A stretch of DNA of 43,173 bases from Chloroflexota bacterium (GCA_002730795.1 PCAX01000017.1:30866-74038), one strand, 5' to 3'. Shown: positions 1-9,929, counted from the stretch's first letter. Notes: generated from the letters alone by a model not told the origin. Numbers and translations: made by a program.

Positions 1-2
1 TG

Positions 3-209
3 ACTGATGCAGGTGTTTTTGTAGGAGTTTCATCGGGAGCAACATATGCCACAGCAAGAAAAATAGCTAAAAAATTTTCGGATGATGGTGTACGGTCAAA
101 TATAGTTATTATGTTGGCAGATGGTGGTTGGAAATATCTTTCTACTGGTATTTACTCGGAGACGTTTACTTTCAAACAATCTAACATTGAAGGAAAAACG
201 TGGTGGTGA
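3..209 (+). CDS. C-terminal fragment of a PLP-dependent cysteine synthase-like enzyme (CysK/CysM family); 5' end lies outside the window
   Basis: Frame 3 is open from the window edge to TGA at 207-209. It translates to TDAGVFVGVSSGATYATARKIAKKF...ADGGWKYLSTGIY. The 'GVSSGA' phosphate-binding loop and 'D(G)G.KYLS' tail are typical of the O-acetylserine sulfhydrylase/cystathionine beta-synthase fold. Confidence 0.6.
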   Translation, partial: TDAGVFVGVSSGATYATARKIAKKFSDDGVRSNIVIMLADGGWKYLSTGIYSETFTFKQSNIEGKTWW

Positions 210-248
210 AATTTGGAAGTTAGTATTTCTTTAAGATAGAAATAATAA

Positions 249-1664
249 ATGGAAGAAATTAATTACCGATCAGCAGTCGATCAATTAGCATTAATTAATG
301 ATAAATCCATATCGTGTGTTGAGCTGTTAAATGCCCATATAGATCAGCTAAATCGAATTAATCCGGAAGTTAACGCGATGGTTACATTGTGCTTGGATTC
401 AGCGTTAGAAGAAGCAAAGTATGCTGATAAAAGGATTTTTAATGGAGAAGTCCCACGAGTTTTGGAGGGGTTGCCTGTAGCCATTAAAGATTTACACATG
501 ACGAAAGGATTACTTTCTACTGAAGGGTCCCGAATTTACAAGGATAGAATTCCAGATCATGATTCCTTAATAGTTTCTAGATTAAAGGAAGCGGGCGCCA
601 TAGTAATAGGAAAATCCAACACACCTGAATTTGGAGCAGGTTCGCAAACTTTCAATGAAGTATTTGGTCCGACCTTAAACCCCTACGATCTAACCAAAAC
701 TTGCGGTGGAAGTAGTGGGGGGTCTGCAGTTGCGTTAGCCTGTAGACTAGCCGCGATAGCTTCGGGATCTGATTTAGGTGGCTCTTTGCGAAATCCGGCT
801 GCCTGGAATAATGTTGTGGGATTGAGACCAACTCTAGGGATAGTACCGCCCCGAGAATCTAATGTTCCGTGGAACACCCTTTCTACAGACGGGCCTATGG
901 GGAAAACGGTGGAAGATGTTTTTTTACAAATGAAAGTTATTTCGGGTAGTGATAGGTTGACCCCTATAACATTTCCTGAATCATTCAAACAAAATTTACA
1001 AAAACCTCTAGAAGGTAACCTGAAGGGTTTAAAAATTGCTTGGGGAGGACGTTTGAACAATAGACCTATCGATACTGAAGTTTTTGATATTACTGAAAAC
1101 GCTGTAAAAAAATTTATCGATATTGGCTGTGATGTTTCATATGATTATCCTAACCTAGACGATTCAGATCAAGTTTTTCAAACTTATAGGGCTTACAAAT
1201 TTGCCGTAGATCACATAAATCATGTCGCTGATTTTCCAGATCTCGTTAAAGAAACAGTAAAATGGAATACTCAAAAAGGACTCGACATGCATTTGATAGA
1301 CTTAGCTCGAGTCGAGGTGTTACGAAAATCCATCTGGCGGAATATGGTAGATTTTTTCGACCGTTATGATTATTTTGCCCTTCCAGTTACAAGTGTTGCT
1401 CCTTTTTCTATCGACCAAGAATACCCTCTTCAAGTAAATGGTATTGAATTGGACACGTATATCGACTGGATGTGGCCTTGTTACACAATATCTGTTACTG
1501 GAATGCCAGCAATATCAGTACCATGCGGATTTACATCTAATAACCTTCCTGTTGGTATACAATTAGTCGGTCCTTCAAATAGCGATAAAGGATTATTACA
1601 ATTGGCACACGAATACCAAGAAGTTACTGAACATTGGAAAACAACTCCCAACCTAATCGAATGA
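249..1664 (+). CDS. Amidase-signature family amidase (GatA-like fold, stand-alone)
   Basis: 471-aa ORF with the amidase signature 'GGSSGGSAVALA...ASGSDLGGSLRNPA' and the catalytic Lys context 'LPVAIKDL'. No gatB/gatC is adjacent, so it is more likely a catabolic amidase than the tRNA amidotransferase subunit. Confidence 0.85.
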   Translation: MEEINYRSAVDQLALINDKSISCVELLNAHIDQLNRINPEVNAMVTLCLDSALEEAKYADKRIFNGEVPRVLEGLPVAIKDLHMTKGLLSTEGSRIYKDRIPDHDSLIVSRLKEAGAIVIGKSNTPEFGAGSQTFNEVFGPTLNPYDLTKTCGGSSGGSAVALACRLAAIASGSDLGGSLRNPAAWNNVVGLRPTLGIVPPRESNVPWNTLSTDGPMGKTVEDVFLQMKVISGSDRLTPITFPESFKQNLQKPLEGNLKGLKIAWGGRLNNRPIDTEVFDITENAVKKFIDIGCDVSYDYPNLDDSDQVFQTYRAYKFAVDHINHVADFPDLVKETVKWNTQKGLDMHLIDLARVEVLRKSIWRNMVDFFDRYDYFALPVTSVAPFSIDQEYPLQVNGIELDTYIDWMWPCYTISVTGMPAISVPCGFTSNNLPVGIQLVGPSNSDKGLLQLAHEYQEVTEHWKTTPNLIE

Positions 1665-1685
1665 TTTTTCAGGCATGGATGAAAC

Positions 1686-2486
1686 ATGAAGTTAGAACTT
1701 AATGGAAAAAAAGCTATAATCACTGGAGGAAGTCGTGGCATTGGTAAGGCTATAGCTACGGCACTATCGGCAGAAGGGGTTGTTTGCACCTTGATTGCTA
1801 GGAACAGAACAACATTGGAGGTTTCCGCGAAAGATATTAGTAAACTCACAAAAAATCCCGTGTATTGTATTGTGGCCGATACCGGCCTCGATGAATCTGT
1901 CAGAAACATGGTTTCAGAAGCGAATATATTGATGGATGGAGTCGATATTTTGGTTAATTGTGCAGCCCGACCGTTAGCAAACAAAAAGATTCACAATTTT
2001 GGTGATCTTACAACTGAATCCTTCGGTGGAGAAATGAATGTAAAAGTGATGGGCTATATCAGATGTGCAAAAGAAGTTGCGCCAATAATGAAGCGTAGAG
2101 GATGGGGAAGAATAATAAATATTTCTGGTTTGGCTTCTCGAACCACTGGTAATGCGGTAGGAAGTATGCGTAATGTAGCGGTTAGTGCTCTAACTAAGAA
2201 CTTAGCAGACGAATTGGGACCATTTGGAATTAATGTAACAGTAATTCATCCGGGATTTACCCGTACGGAAGCAACTGAATCCTTTATAATCGAACGGGCG
2301 TCCGAACTGGGTAAAGAACCTAATGTAGTAGAAGCAGAATTAGCTAAAAATAACTCAGTTAAGCGGATCATTGAATCTGCGGATATTGCTTATGTAGCTA
2401 CTATGATCGCTTCTCCTAAATCGATTGCTATAAATGGAGATGTAATTGCTGCTGGGGGTGGAGTAGGTTCATCCATATATTATTAA
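1686..2486 (+). CDS. Short-chain dehydrogenase/reductase (SDR)
   Basis: N-terminal Rossmann motif 'ITGGSRGIGKAIA'. Length of 266 aa and an 'NISG...S' active-site region fit classical SDRs. Lies 21 nt downstream of the amidase on the same strand. Confidence 0.85.
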   Translation: MKLELNGKKAIITGGSRGIGKAIATALSAEGVVCTLIARNRTTLEVSAKDISKLTKNPVYCIVADTGLDESVRNMVSEANILMDGVDILVNCAARPLANKKIHNFGDLTTESFGGEMNVKVMGYIRCAKEVAPIMKRRGWGRIINISGLASRTTGNAVGSMRNVAVSALTKNLADELGPFGINVTVIHPGFTRTEATESFIIERASELGKEPNVVEAELAKNNSVKRIIESADIAYVATMIASPKSIAINGDVIAAGGGVGSSIYY

Positions 2487-2513
2487 AGTGATAACTAATA
2501 AAAGGAGTTTTAA

Positions 2514-3362
2514 TTGAGTCAATTTTCAGCTAATTTAACCTTAATGTTCAATGAAGTAGATTTTATGGACAGATTTAAATTAGCATCTCAAAATGGATTT
2601 AAAGGGGTAGAATATCTATTTCCATACGATTACCCTGCGGACGATATATTACAGGAATTGAATAAGAACGGTCTAAAACAAATTTTGTTTGATTTACCTG
2701 CTGGGGATTGGGGTTCTGGAGATCGTGGAATAGCAGTACAGCCCGATCGCGTCGGTGAATTTCAGGATTCCGTTGGAAAGGCTATAGATTACGCAAATAC
2801 TCTTAATTGCAAGAGAATCACATGTCTTGCTGGAATACCAGATCCGAACGAACAAGCAGACTTAAACAGACAAACGTTAGTTGATAATTTGAAGTTTGCA
2901 GCTAAAAGTTTAAATAAAAAAGGCATAACCTTACTTATAGAAGCCCTAAACACCATTGATGTACCGGGTTTTTATTTGACCGGTACGGATCAAGCAGTCC
3001 AAGTAATTTCTGATGTTTCCGAAAGCAACTTGAAATTACAGTACGATGTCTATCATATGCAGATTATGGAAGGCGATCTAATTAGAACCATTGTCGATAA
3101 TTTTAACATTATAAAACACTTCCAAATAGCGGATAATCCTGGTCGTCATGAGCCTGGGACGGGCGAGATTAATTATAAAAATGTGTTCAATAAAATCAAT
3201 GAATTGGGATACGATGGTTGGATTGGCTGCGAATACAACCCACTTGGAGACACTGTAGAGGGCCTTGATTGGTTGGCAGTAGCAGAAAGATTTGCTACTA
3301 CAATGAGAACGGCACAAGGGAGGGGAACAAACTTAGGGTTTTCTTGTAAGTCTGATGCCTAA
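2514..3362 (+). CDS. Hydroxypyruvate isomerase-like protein (xylose-isomerase-like TIM barrel), paralog 1
   Basis: TTG start preceded by AAGGAG (2502-2507). 'FSANLTLMFNE..F.DRF..A...GFKGVEYLFPY' and 'YD.YHMQIMEGDL...HFQIADNPGRHEPGTGEINY' match the Hyi/OtnI family pattern. Carries a ~25-aa C-terminal tail that paralog 2 lacks. Confidence 0.8.
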   Translation: MSQFSANLTLMFNEVDFMDRFKLASQNGFKGVEYLFPYDYPADDILQELNKNGLKQILFDLPAGDWGSGDRGIAVQPDRVGEFQDSVGKAIDYANTLNCKRITCLAGIPDPNEQADLNRQTLVDNLKFAAKSLNKKGITLLIEALNTIDVPGFYLTGTDQAVQVISDVSESNLKLQYDVYHMQIMEGDLIRTIVDNFNIIKHFQIADNPGRHEPGTGEINYKNVFNKINELGYDGWIGCEYNPLGDTVEGLDWLAVAERFATTMRTAQGRGTNLGFSCKSDA

Positions 3363-4131
3363 ACTTGAAGCTAATATTCAATTTCTGTTTAACGAATATG
3401 ATATTTTGGATCGCTACGACAAAGCGGCCGAGTTGGGCTTTAAGGGAGTAGAACTTCAAAATCCTTATCCAATTCCTACGAATGAAATTTCTGAACGATT
3501 AAATGCTAATGGTTTGCAACAAGTCATTATCAATTCCCCTGTAGAAGATCCTATTACAGGGATCAACAACATTCCGTTGATTCCTAACAAACGTAATTTG
3601 TACCGAGATAGGACTTCCTTGGCGGTTGAATACGCTCACGAATTGGGTTGCCTTGGTGTAAATATTGGGATTGGTCAAATGCCTGATGGTTTTGCTACTG
3701 AAATAGTAAAAGAAACACTCATTGAAAACGTAACTTATGCTGCTACGGAATTGGACAAAGTAGGGGTCACTGCATTAATTGAACCAATTAATGTTCTTGA
3801 TCAACCTGGGTTCTTTATTAACACGAGTAAGGCTGCTTTAGATGTTATTGAATCGGTGGGTCACAGCAATTTATCCCTTCTATATGATTTTTATCATATG
3901 CAAATAATGGAAGGTAATTTAGCTGCTACCCTAAAAGATAATATAGGCTCAATTAAACACACTCAGTTAGCAGATAATCCGGGAAGGCATGAGCCGGGAA
4001 CTGGTGAAATTAATTTCACTTTTTTATTGAATTACTTGGATGAACTAGGGTATCAGGGTTGGGTAGGATGTGAATATTTTCCATCATCAACAACTGAGGC
4101 TTCATTGGATTGGGCTAGAAAATGGATTTAA
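3355..4131 (+). CDS. Hydroxypyruvate isomerase-like protein, paralog 2
   Basis: 258 aa, the canonical Hyi length. Shows the same motifs: 'ANIQFLFNE', 'YDFYHMQIMEGNL', 'HTQLADNPGRHEPGTGEINF'. Its ATG overlaps the stop of paralog 1 (ATGCCTAA, 3355-3362). Confidence 0.85.
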   Translation: MPKLEANIQFLFNEYDILDRYDKAAELGFKGVELQNPYPIPTNEISERLNANGLQQVIINSPVEDPITGINNIPLIPNKRNLYRDRTSLAVEYAHELGCLGVNIGIGQMPDGFATEIVKETLIENVTYAATELDKVGVTALIEPINVLDQPGFFINTSKAALDVIESVGHSNLSLLYDFYHMQIMEGNLAATLKDNIGSIKHTQLADNPGRHEPGTGEINFTFLLNYLDELGYQGWVGCEYFPSSTTEASLDWARKWI

Positions 4132-4138
4132 CATAACA

Positions 4139-4603
4139 GTGACCCTCTCTAGATTTATAGCCTCCGGATTTGGGACTGGGTACTGGCCGTTAATTGCTCC
4201 TGGTAGCTTTGCATCTCTCATATCTTTATGTTTGTTTATCGTTATAAAGGTTTTTATTACAACAAATCCATTAGTGCTTACAATAATCACGGTATTGTTA
4301 ATTTTGATTGGGTTTTGGTCATGCCAAAAAATAGTTTCTATAGAGGAGCCTGATCCATCGTATTGCGTCATAGACGAATGGGCTGGGCAATGGATTACAG
4401 TTTTGTTCATTCCTTTTGAGTGGTACTTTTTAATATTAGGATTTTTTTTATTTCGGTTACTTGATATATTCAAGCCGTTTGGAATAAAAAGGCTTGAACA
4501 AATTTCCGGAGGTGCTGGCATAATGTGGGATGACTTGGCTGCGGGTGTGTTAGGGTCAATTTTGATAACAGTACTTGCATTGGGTTTAAGTGCGGTAAAG
4601 TAA
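4139..4603 (+). CDS. pgpA: Phosphatidylglycerophosphatase A
   Basis: 'SGFGTGYWPLIAPGSFASL' and 'DIFKPFGIKRLE...GGAGIMWDDLAAG' are PgpA-family motifs. The ORF opens at ATG 4070, which would overlap the upstream gene by 62 nt. GTG 4139 gives the family-typical short N-terminus (MTLSRFIASGFG...). The start is uncertain. Confidence 0.75.
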   Translation: MTLSRFIASGFGTGYWPLIAPGSFASLISLCLFIVIKVFITTNPLVLTIITVLLILIGFWSCQKIVSIEEPDPSYCVIDEWAGQWITVLFIPFEWYFLILGFFLFRLLDIFKPFGIKRLEQISGGAGIMWDDLAAGVLGSILITVLALGLSAVK

Positions 4604-4604
4604 A

Positions 4605-5417
4605 TTACTTTTTTACAAAACTGGTTACAAATGTGTTGTACCTTTTAATGAAGCGGCTTGGGAAACTTGAATGCATGTTATGGGGGCTATCTTCCCAATA
4701 TTCGATCTCAAAACGTTTGAGGTTGTTTAATCTATTTATATTACGATTATGAATAACTCCCCCAGTTTCAGGATTGGCTCTAAAAATTAGTACGGGGACA
4801 TCAATGTTTTTCAAAATTTCGTCAGAATTTGTATGAGCCCTGATATCACCTTTAATAATTGTTTCCCATATGGTTGGATCGGCCGAAATAATATTTTTTG
4901 CTCTAGATATAGCCACTGTTTCATTGATTTCTGGGAAGGATGTTCTTAATTCACGAGCGGTGTCTTCGACACCTAATTTTTTTTTGGCAAGTCTAAAATT
5001 TTCTTCAAAAACTCTTAAAAGATTGTAAGGGATAAAACTTTTATTAAAAAAAAGTGGAGGATCTTCCATACATAGGGTTTTTACTGATTTTGTTTTCGTT
5101 ACTATTATGCTTCCTACAACGCCGCCTAGGGAATGTCCTATTATATTTACAGACGGGAAAGAATTATGTTCGATGAATTCTGATATTTCCGTAGAATAAT
5201 GCTCCCAAGTATATTTGTCCTTGATATGATCCGAATCTCCATGACCTCTGAAATCAAAAGCAAAAACATGAAAATCACGACTCAAGGATTTAAGAATGGG
5301 GGTCCAACTTTTCCACGAAGCTCCTAAAGCATGAAGAAGGAAGATAACTGGTCCATTTTTAGGGCCTTCAGCATAATTTATTTTGATTTCTGCACCTTGA
5401 AAGTTTTTCTCTCTCAT
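4605..5417 (-). CDS. Alpha/beta-fold hydrolase, paralog A
   Basis: 'HALGAS' oxyanion region, nucleophile elbow 'GHSLGG' and a C-terminal 'SPHNMH' His. The ORF extends to 5492, but ATG 5417 (MREKNF...) avoids overlap with the upstream paralog, which stops at 5428. Confidence 0.8.
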   Translation of the reverse strand: MREKNFQGAEIKINYAEGPKNGPVIFLLHALGASWKSWTPILKSLSRDFHVFAFDFRGHGDSDHIKDKYTWEHYSTEISEFIEHNSFPSVNIIGHSLGGVVGSIIVTKTKSVKTLCMEDPPLFFNKSFIPYNLLRVFEENFRLAKKKLGVEDTARELRTSFPEINETVAISRAKNIISADPTIWETIIKGDIRAHTNSDEILKNIDVPVLIFRANPETGGVIHNRNINRLNNLKRFEIEYWEDSPHNMHSSFPSRFIKRYNTFVTSFVKK

Positions 5418-5427
5418 AATGTTTACT

Positions 5428-6249
5428 TTACGTTTGAAACCTAAGTAAGAACTTATGGACAGTTTTCGCGAAATCGTGGTTTCTTGCCACATGAAGAGAG
5501 TGCCCTGAGTTCTCCCATTTTACTTTTTCACTTTTCCCAATCAAAGATGTAACCCTTTCAGTTTCTTCATCTGAAATTATTCCACCTTTATCGGGATTTG
5601 CTTGAATTAAAAGGACTGGGCATTTTATTTTGGAAAACATTGCTTCGTAGTTGCAATTTTTTGAACTTTGGTCTTTTGCCCAAGATAATAACCCTGTGTC
5701 AAAGTCATATGTCATTCTTGCTAGTCGGTGTAAAATATCGGTCTCTAATGTCGGATATTTCATTTTCGTATAATCTAATGCATCCGATAATGTATTAATC
5801 GATTTCAGAGAAGGAATTTCATTATTAATTTCGGGTTTAGACTTTTGGTGGATGTTTGATTTCGAGCCGGTAAAGGGATCTCCCATTACAATTGCTGAAA
5901 CTTTATTTGGATTAATTGAAGCCACTGCAGCCGATACCCATCCTCCTAGCGAATGCCCAACTAAATATCCAGATTTTACAAAAATTTTGTTGATAATATT
6001 GGATACATCATTAGCCCATACATACCGATTATGTTGTTTAGTAATTCGACCCGATAAACCCATTCCTCTAAGGTCCAGGGAAAATAGATGATAGTGTTTT
6101 GACAATAATGGCGCAGTAGTGCTCCAAGTCTGACTACTTACACCGTAACCGTGAATTAGCAGCATATCTGGCGAATCCTTATATGGAGAGGGCCATTCCG
6201 AAATATTTATTGCTATCTCTCCTGTGTGAAAATATTTTTCTGTTACCAT
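5428..6249 (-). CDS. Alpha/beta-fold hydrolase, paralog B
   Basis: 'LLIHGYGVS', nucleophile elbow 'GHSLGG' and C-terminal 'SGHSLH'. Same fold and orientation as the downstream paralog. Confidence 0.8.
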   Translation of the reverse strand: MVTEKYFHTGEIAINISEWPSPYKDSPDMLLIHGYGVSSQTWSTTAPLLSKHYHLFSLDLRGMGLSGRITKQHNRYVWANDVSNIINKIFVKSGYLVGHSLGGWVSAAVASINPNKVSAIVMGDPFTGSKSNIHQKSKPEINNEIPSLKSINTLSDALDYTKMKYPTLETDILHRLARMTYDFDTGLLSWAKDQSSKNCNYEAMFSKIKCPVLLIQANPDKGGIISDEETERVTSLIGKSEKVKWENSGHSLHVARNHDFAKTVHKFLLRFQT

Positions 6250-6266
6250 GAGAGATCAAAGTGATT

Positions 6267-7139
6267 TCAAGATAAAATTTGTTTTATCTTTTCACCTATG
6301 TAGGCGGGAGATTCGACTAAATGGGCTCCAGCATTTTCTAAAGCTTTATTTTTTTCTGACGCCAAGCCTAACTTTCCCGTGACTATAGCGCCCGCATGCC
6401 CCATCCGTTTACCTGGGGGTGCTGTTTGACCAGCTATTGCCGCAACAACTGGTTTTGAAACATTAGATTTAATGAAAGCAGCGGCTTCTTGTTCTTTGGA
6501 GCCACCGATTTCTCCAATTAAAACAATTGCTTTAGTTTCTTCGTCTTGTTCAAAAAGTTTGAGTGTATCGGTAAAAGATATTCCGTGAATCGGGTCACCC
6601 CCAATTCCTATACAAGTAGATTGACCGTAACCGTTTTTTACTAATTGAGCTATCGCTTCGTAAGTTAATGTTCCCGATCGGGAAACCACGCCTATGTTTC
6701 CAGGACGTACTATATTACCGGGTATAATGCCAATTTTTGTTCTAGATTTCGGAGTTATAATACCTGGGCAATTTGGGCCAATTAATTTTGAATCAGTACC
6801 CTTTAAATACGCTTTCACTTTTATCATATCGTGGATAGGTATTCCTTCAGTTATGCAAATTATAAGGTCAATACCTGCGTCTATCTGTTCAATAATAGCG
6901 TCCATTGCAAACGGGGCCGGAACGAAAATTATTCCTGTGTTTGCACCCGTTCTATCAACAGCTTCTGTTACGGACGAAAAGTAAGGTACTTTCTCTTCAA
7001 AATATAAGCCTTGCCTTCTTGGGTGTACAGCGGCAACTATATTGGTACCATAATCGAGCATTCTTGATGTTTGAAAACTACCGTCTCGCCCAAGGCCTTG
7101 AACAAGTAATTTTGTATCGTTACCTACTAAAATTGACAC
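6267..7139 (-). CDS. sucD: Succinyl-CoA synthetase subunit alpha
   Basis: '[13 protein letters not shown]', 'GPNCPGII.P', 'SRSGTLTYE' and 'MGHAGAI' (phosphohistidine loop). GTG start. Lies 4 nt after the sucC stop. Confidence 0.95.
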   Translation of the reverse strand: MSILVGNDTKLLVQGLGRDGSFQTSRMLDYGTNIVAAVHPRRQGLYFEEKVPYFSSVTEAVDRTGANTGIIFVPAPFAMDAIIEQIDAGIDLIICITEGIPIHDMIKVKAYLKGTDSKLIGPNCPGIITPKSRTKIGIIPGNIVRPGNIGVVSRSGTLTYEAIAQLVKNGYGQSTCIGIGGDPIHGISFTDTLKLFEQDEETKAIVLIGEIGGSKEQEAAAFIKSNVSKPVVAAIAGQTAPPGKRMGHAGAIVTGKLGLASEKNKALENAGAHLVESPAYIGEKIKQILS

Positions 7140-7143
7140 TAAA

Positions 7144-8313
7144 TTACTCCGTATTAGAAAGCTTGTTTTTCAGAATTTTTGCAGCTGAAGCCAAATCTTC
7201 CACAGACGTTATATCCAGTTCTGAATTCTTTAAAATCGAAAGTCCCTGTTCACTATTAGTTCCTCTCATAGTAACTACGATAGGTGTTGTTGATTGGGTT
7301 TCTTTACCTGCTTTGACTATTCCATTAGCCACTACGTCAGCTCTTGCAATACCCGCGAAAAGATTAACTAGAATTATTTCAACATCAGGATCATCGTCAA
7401 TTATTTTAAACGCTTCTTTAATCTTTTTTTCGGATGCAGAACCACCTATATCTAGGAAGTTAGCTGGATTTTCTCCAGCCCATTTTGTGATATCCATTGT
7501 TGCCATTGCTAATCCAGCTCCATTGACCATGCATCCGATTTTTCCTCCTTCTAGTTTTACATAGGACAGATCAAAATCTGATGCACGTTTTTCTAAAACC
7601 TCTTGCTGGGTAGGATCGTTTAATTCTTGGAGATCGGGATGTCTAAAAAGGGCATCATCGTCTATGTTTATTTTCGCGTCTACAGCGACAATTTTATTAT
7701 CTGAAGTTATAACTAATGGATTTATTTCAATCAACGTACAATCTTTTTCAATAAATAATTTGTAGATGGAACCCATTATTTTTTCCATATGAGAAATTTC
7801 TGACGGAGGAATGCTCAACGACATAGAAATGTCTCTAAGTTTATAAGGACTTAATCCAACAAGGGGAGAGCATATAGTTTTGAATATTTTTTCAGGACTA
7901 TTTTTGGCTATCTCTTCAATTTCAACCCCTCCTTGAGTACTTGTTATAACTATAGGAACCCCCAAGTCATTGTCAATAAAAACGGACAAATATATTTCTT
8001 TATCAATATTTGTTGCTTCTTCTACGAGTACGTTATTTACGGGCAATCCTTTTGGGCCAGTTTGATATGTTATGAGGTTACTACCCAAAATAGTTTTTGC
8101 TGAATCATACGCATCTTCAGAAGACGAAATTAATTTAACTCCCCCGGATTTCCCTCTACCTCCCGAGTGTATTTGAGCTTTTATGATCGCTTTTCCAGAA
8201 ATCTCTTTTTTTATTATCTCAGCCTCTTCCGGAGAGGAAGTTACTTTACCTTTTGGAATGGGAACACCGTAGTCTGCTAGTAATTTCTTCGCTTGGTATT
8301 CGTGTAGATTCAA
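7144..8313 (-). CDS. sucC: Succinyl-CoA synthetase subunit beta
   Basis: '[18 protein letters not shown]', '[11 protein letters not shown]' and '[13 protein letters not shown]'. TTG start. Confidence 0.95.
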   Translation of the reverse strand: MNLHEYQAKKLLADYGVPIPKGKVTSSPEEAEIIKKEISGKAIIKAQIHSGGRGKSGGVKLISSSEDAYDSAKTILGSNLITYQTGPKGLPVNNVLVEEATNIDKEIYLSVFIDNDLGVPIVITSTQGGVEIEEIAKNSPEKIFKTICSPLVGLSPYKLRDISMSLSIPPSEISHMEKIMGSIYKLFIEKDCTLIEINPLVITSDNKIVAVDAKINIDDDALFRHPDLQELNDPTQQEVLEKRASDFDLSYVKLEGGKIGCMVNGAGLAMATMDITKWAGENPANFLDIGGSASEKKIKEAFKIIDDDPDVEIILVNLFAGIARADVVANGIVKAGKETQSTTPIVVTMRGTNSEQGLSILKNSELDITSVEDLASAAKILKNKLSNTE

Positions 8314-8707
8314 TATTAGATGTCTTTCTGGTCTTCCAGAAGATTATGAAGCCGGTGTTAAATTTTTTGAAACTTGATAATTAACTCGTCACTTTTCAAC
8401 GGTGCATAAGTATTTTAGTATTTAATTTAAATATTTGATATCGTGATTGGTGACACTTTATCGACTATACGTAAATGCTGCCTATTAAGTTTTATAAATT
8501 TTGAGTAACAGGGTTTATAAAAGTCCCTCTGAAGCCTCTTGCTTATTTTGTTTGAAGATTCTCGTTCAGTATTTAATGGAACACAAAAGAGAAAAAATTA
8601 TACTTCGTATGAGAAAATTAAATTATCTATCTAAAAACTCTGGATAAAAAATGATGGTTGCAGGAGAAAAATAATATGGTAAATTACCAGTAAGCTACCG
8701 ATTTAGA

Positions 8708-9928
8708 ATGATAATCAAAAGATTTACGTTATTACTTTTAGGGTTTTTAGTAGCTTTTTTTTTCCTCGAAAGCGCGGTTAGGTTAGCATTAGTAATTATT
8801 CCTGACTCCAAACTTCCGACTTACGGCATATATCAGAAATCCGATCCGATATTAGGTCATAGATTATTGCCAAATTTAAAGGGTGTTTGGAATCGTGAAG
8901 GATTTTCTCGAGTAGAAACTAACTCGCGCGGATGGAACGATTACGAAAGAGATTTTCAAAAACCTGAAAATACTGTACGGGTAGCTATTATAGGAGATTC
9001 ATTTGTTGAGGCGTTACAGATTGATAAATCCAAAAATTTGGGAACAAAAACTGAAAATTGGTTGGGAAGTAATTGTCCTTATGAAGATGTGGAACCTGGA
9101 AAACTTTATGATGTTCTCTTATTTGGTGTTTCCGGTTGGGGGACTGCACAGATATATCTGGCGGCTGTGAATGAAGCGGTGTTGTTTGATCCAGATTATG
9201 TGATAATTGCGTTTTCAGGATTTAGGAATGACATTTATTCTGTAGTGGGAGACCCTTACAAACCATATTTCGAGATTAATGACGACAACAAAATTGTGTT
9301 ATCTAGAAAACCTTCCGCCGATCATGGCTTAATTAAATCTATCTACAGATGGGGCCGTAGCTGGTCCCGGGCTATGCAGATCAGTCGGGAATTGTTAGTT
9401 CCATTTGTCGAAGCTCGAAAAGCCAAACGTGTCGAATCTCTTGTGTCCCAGGAAAAACAAGAAAATAAAAAGGGGATCGACCAGTTGGTAGAAGAAGGTG
9501 TTTGGGGCCTGAATGGTGAAACTGAATTTGTGAAAAATGCTTGGTTGTTGGTTGAGGGGCTTTTATTAGAAACTAAAGTTGAATTGCAATCATTTGGTGC
9601 AAAAACGATGATTCTGGTAGTACCGTCAAGCCAAGTTGTTGATTATGAGGTTGAAATTGTTAACAAATGGGCAGATGAAGAATCTATAACGAACGTATTT
9701 TATAGAGAAGAACGGTTAGAAGTTTTTGGTCAGAAAAACGATATTCCAATAATTCCAGTAGGTAAACATATGGCGTCCCATAATTGGTCTGAAAAGGGGG
9801 TAATAACTAGATTCCACGGGTTTGACAATGATATAGGAGCGGGGCATTGGAATGAAAATGGACACGCTTTTATAGGAGCGACTATTGGTAAAAAAATTTG
9901 TGAAGATTTGTATAAGAAAAACGGCTAG
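8708..9928 (+). CDS. Membrane-anchored SGNH/GDSL-type hydrolase or acyl-esterase (AlgX/AlgJ-like)
   Basis: N-terminal TM helix (LLLLGFLVAFFFL). Block I 'VAIIGDSFVEA', block II-like 'GVSGWGT' and a C-terminal 'GHWNENGH' resembling the D-x-H-W motif of AlgJ/AlgX-type proteins. Substrate unknown. Confidence 0.6.
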   Translation: MIIKRFTLLLLGFLVAFFFLESAVRLALVIIPDSKLPTYGIYQKSDPILGHRLLPNLKGVWNREGFSRVETNSRGWNDYERDFQKPENTVRVAIIGDSFVEALQIDKSKNLGTKTENWLGSNCPYEDVEPGKLYDVLLFGVSGWGTAQIYLAAVNEAVLFDPDYVIIAFSGFRNDIYSVVGDPYKPYFEINDDNKIVLSRKPSADHGLIKSIYRWGRSWSRAMQISRELLVPFVEARKAKRVESLVSQEKQENKKGIDQLVEEGVWGLNGETEFVKNAWLLVEGLLLETKVELQSFGAKTMILVVPSSQVVDYEVEIVNKWADEESITNVFYREERLEVFGQKNDIPIIPVGKHMASHNWSEKGVITRFHGFDNDIGAGHWNENGHAFIGATIGKKICEDLYKKNG

Positions 9929-9929
9929 T

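Noticed and set aside
1481-1984. 167-aa minus-strand ORF across the amidase/SDR junction (also 683-1060, 4102-4521, 28883-29317, 13727-14101, 34144-34440, 40523-40825)
   Set aside because: All of these lie antisense to genes with strong family motifs and have no features of their own.
6905-7564. 219-aa plus-strand ORF spanning the sucD/sucC junction (also 6694-6984)
   Set aside because: It is antisense to two unambiguous genes and crosses their intergenic spacer. There are no motifs or Shine-Dalgarno, so it is a shadow ORF.
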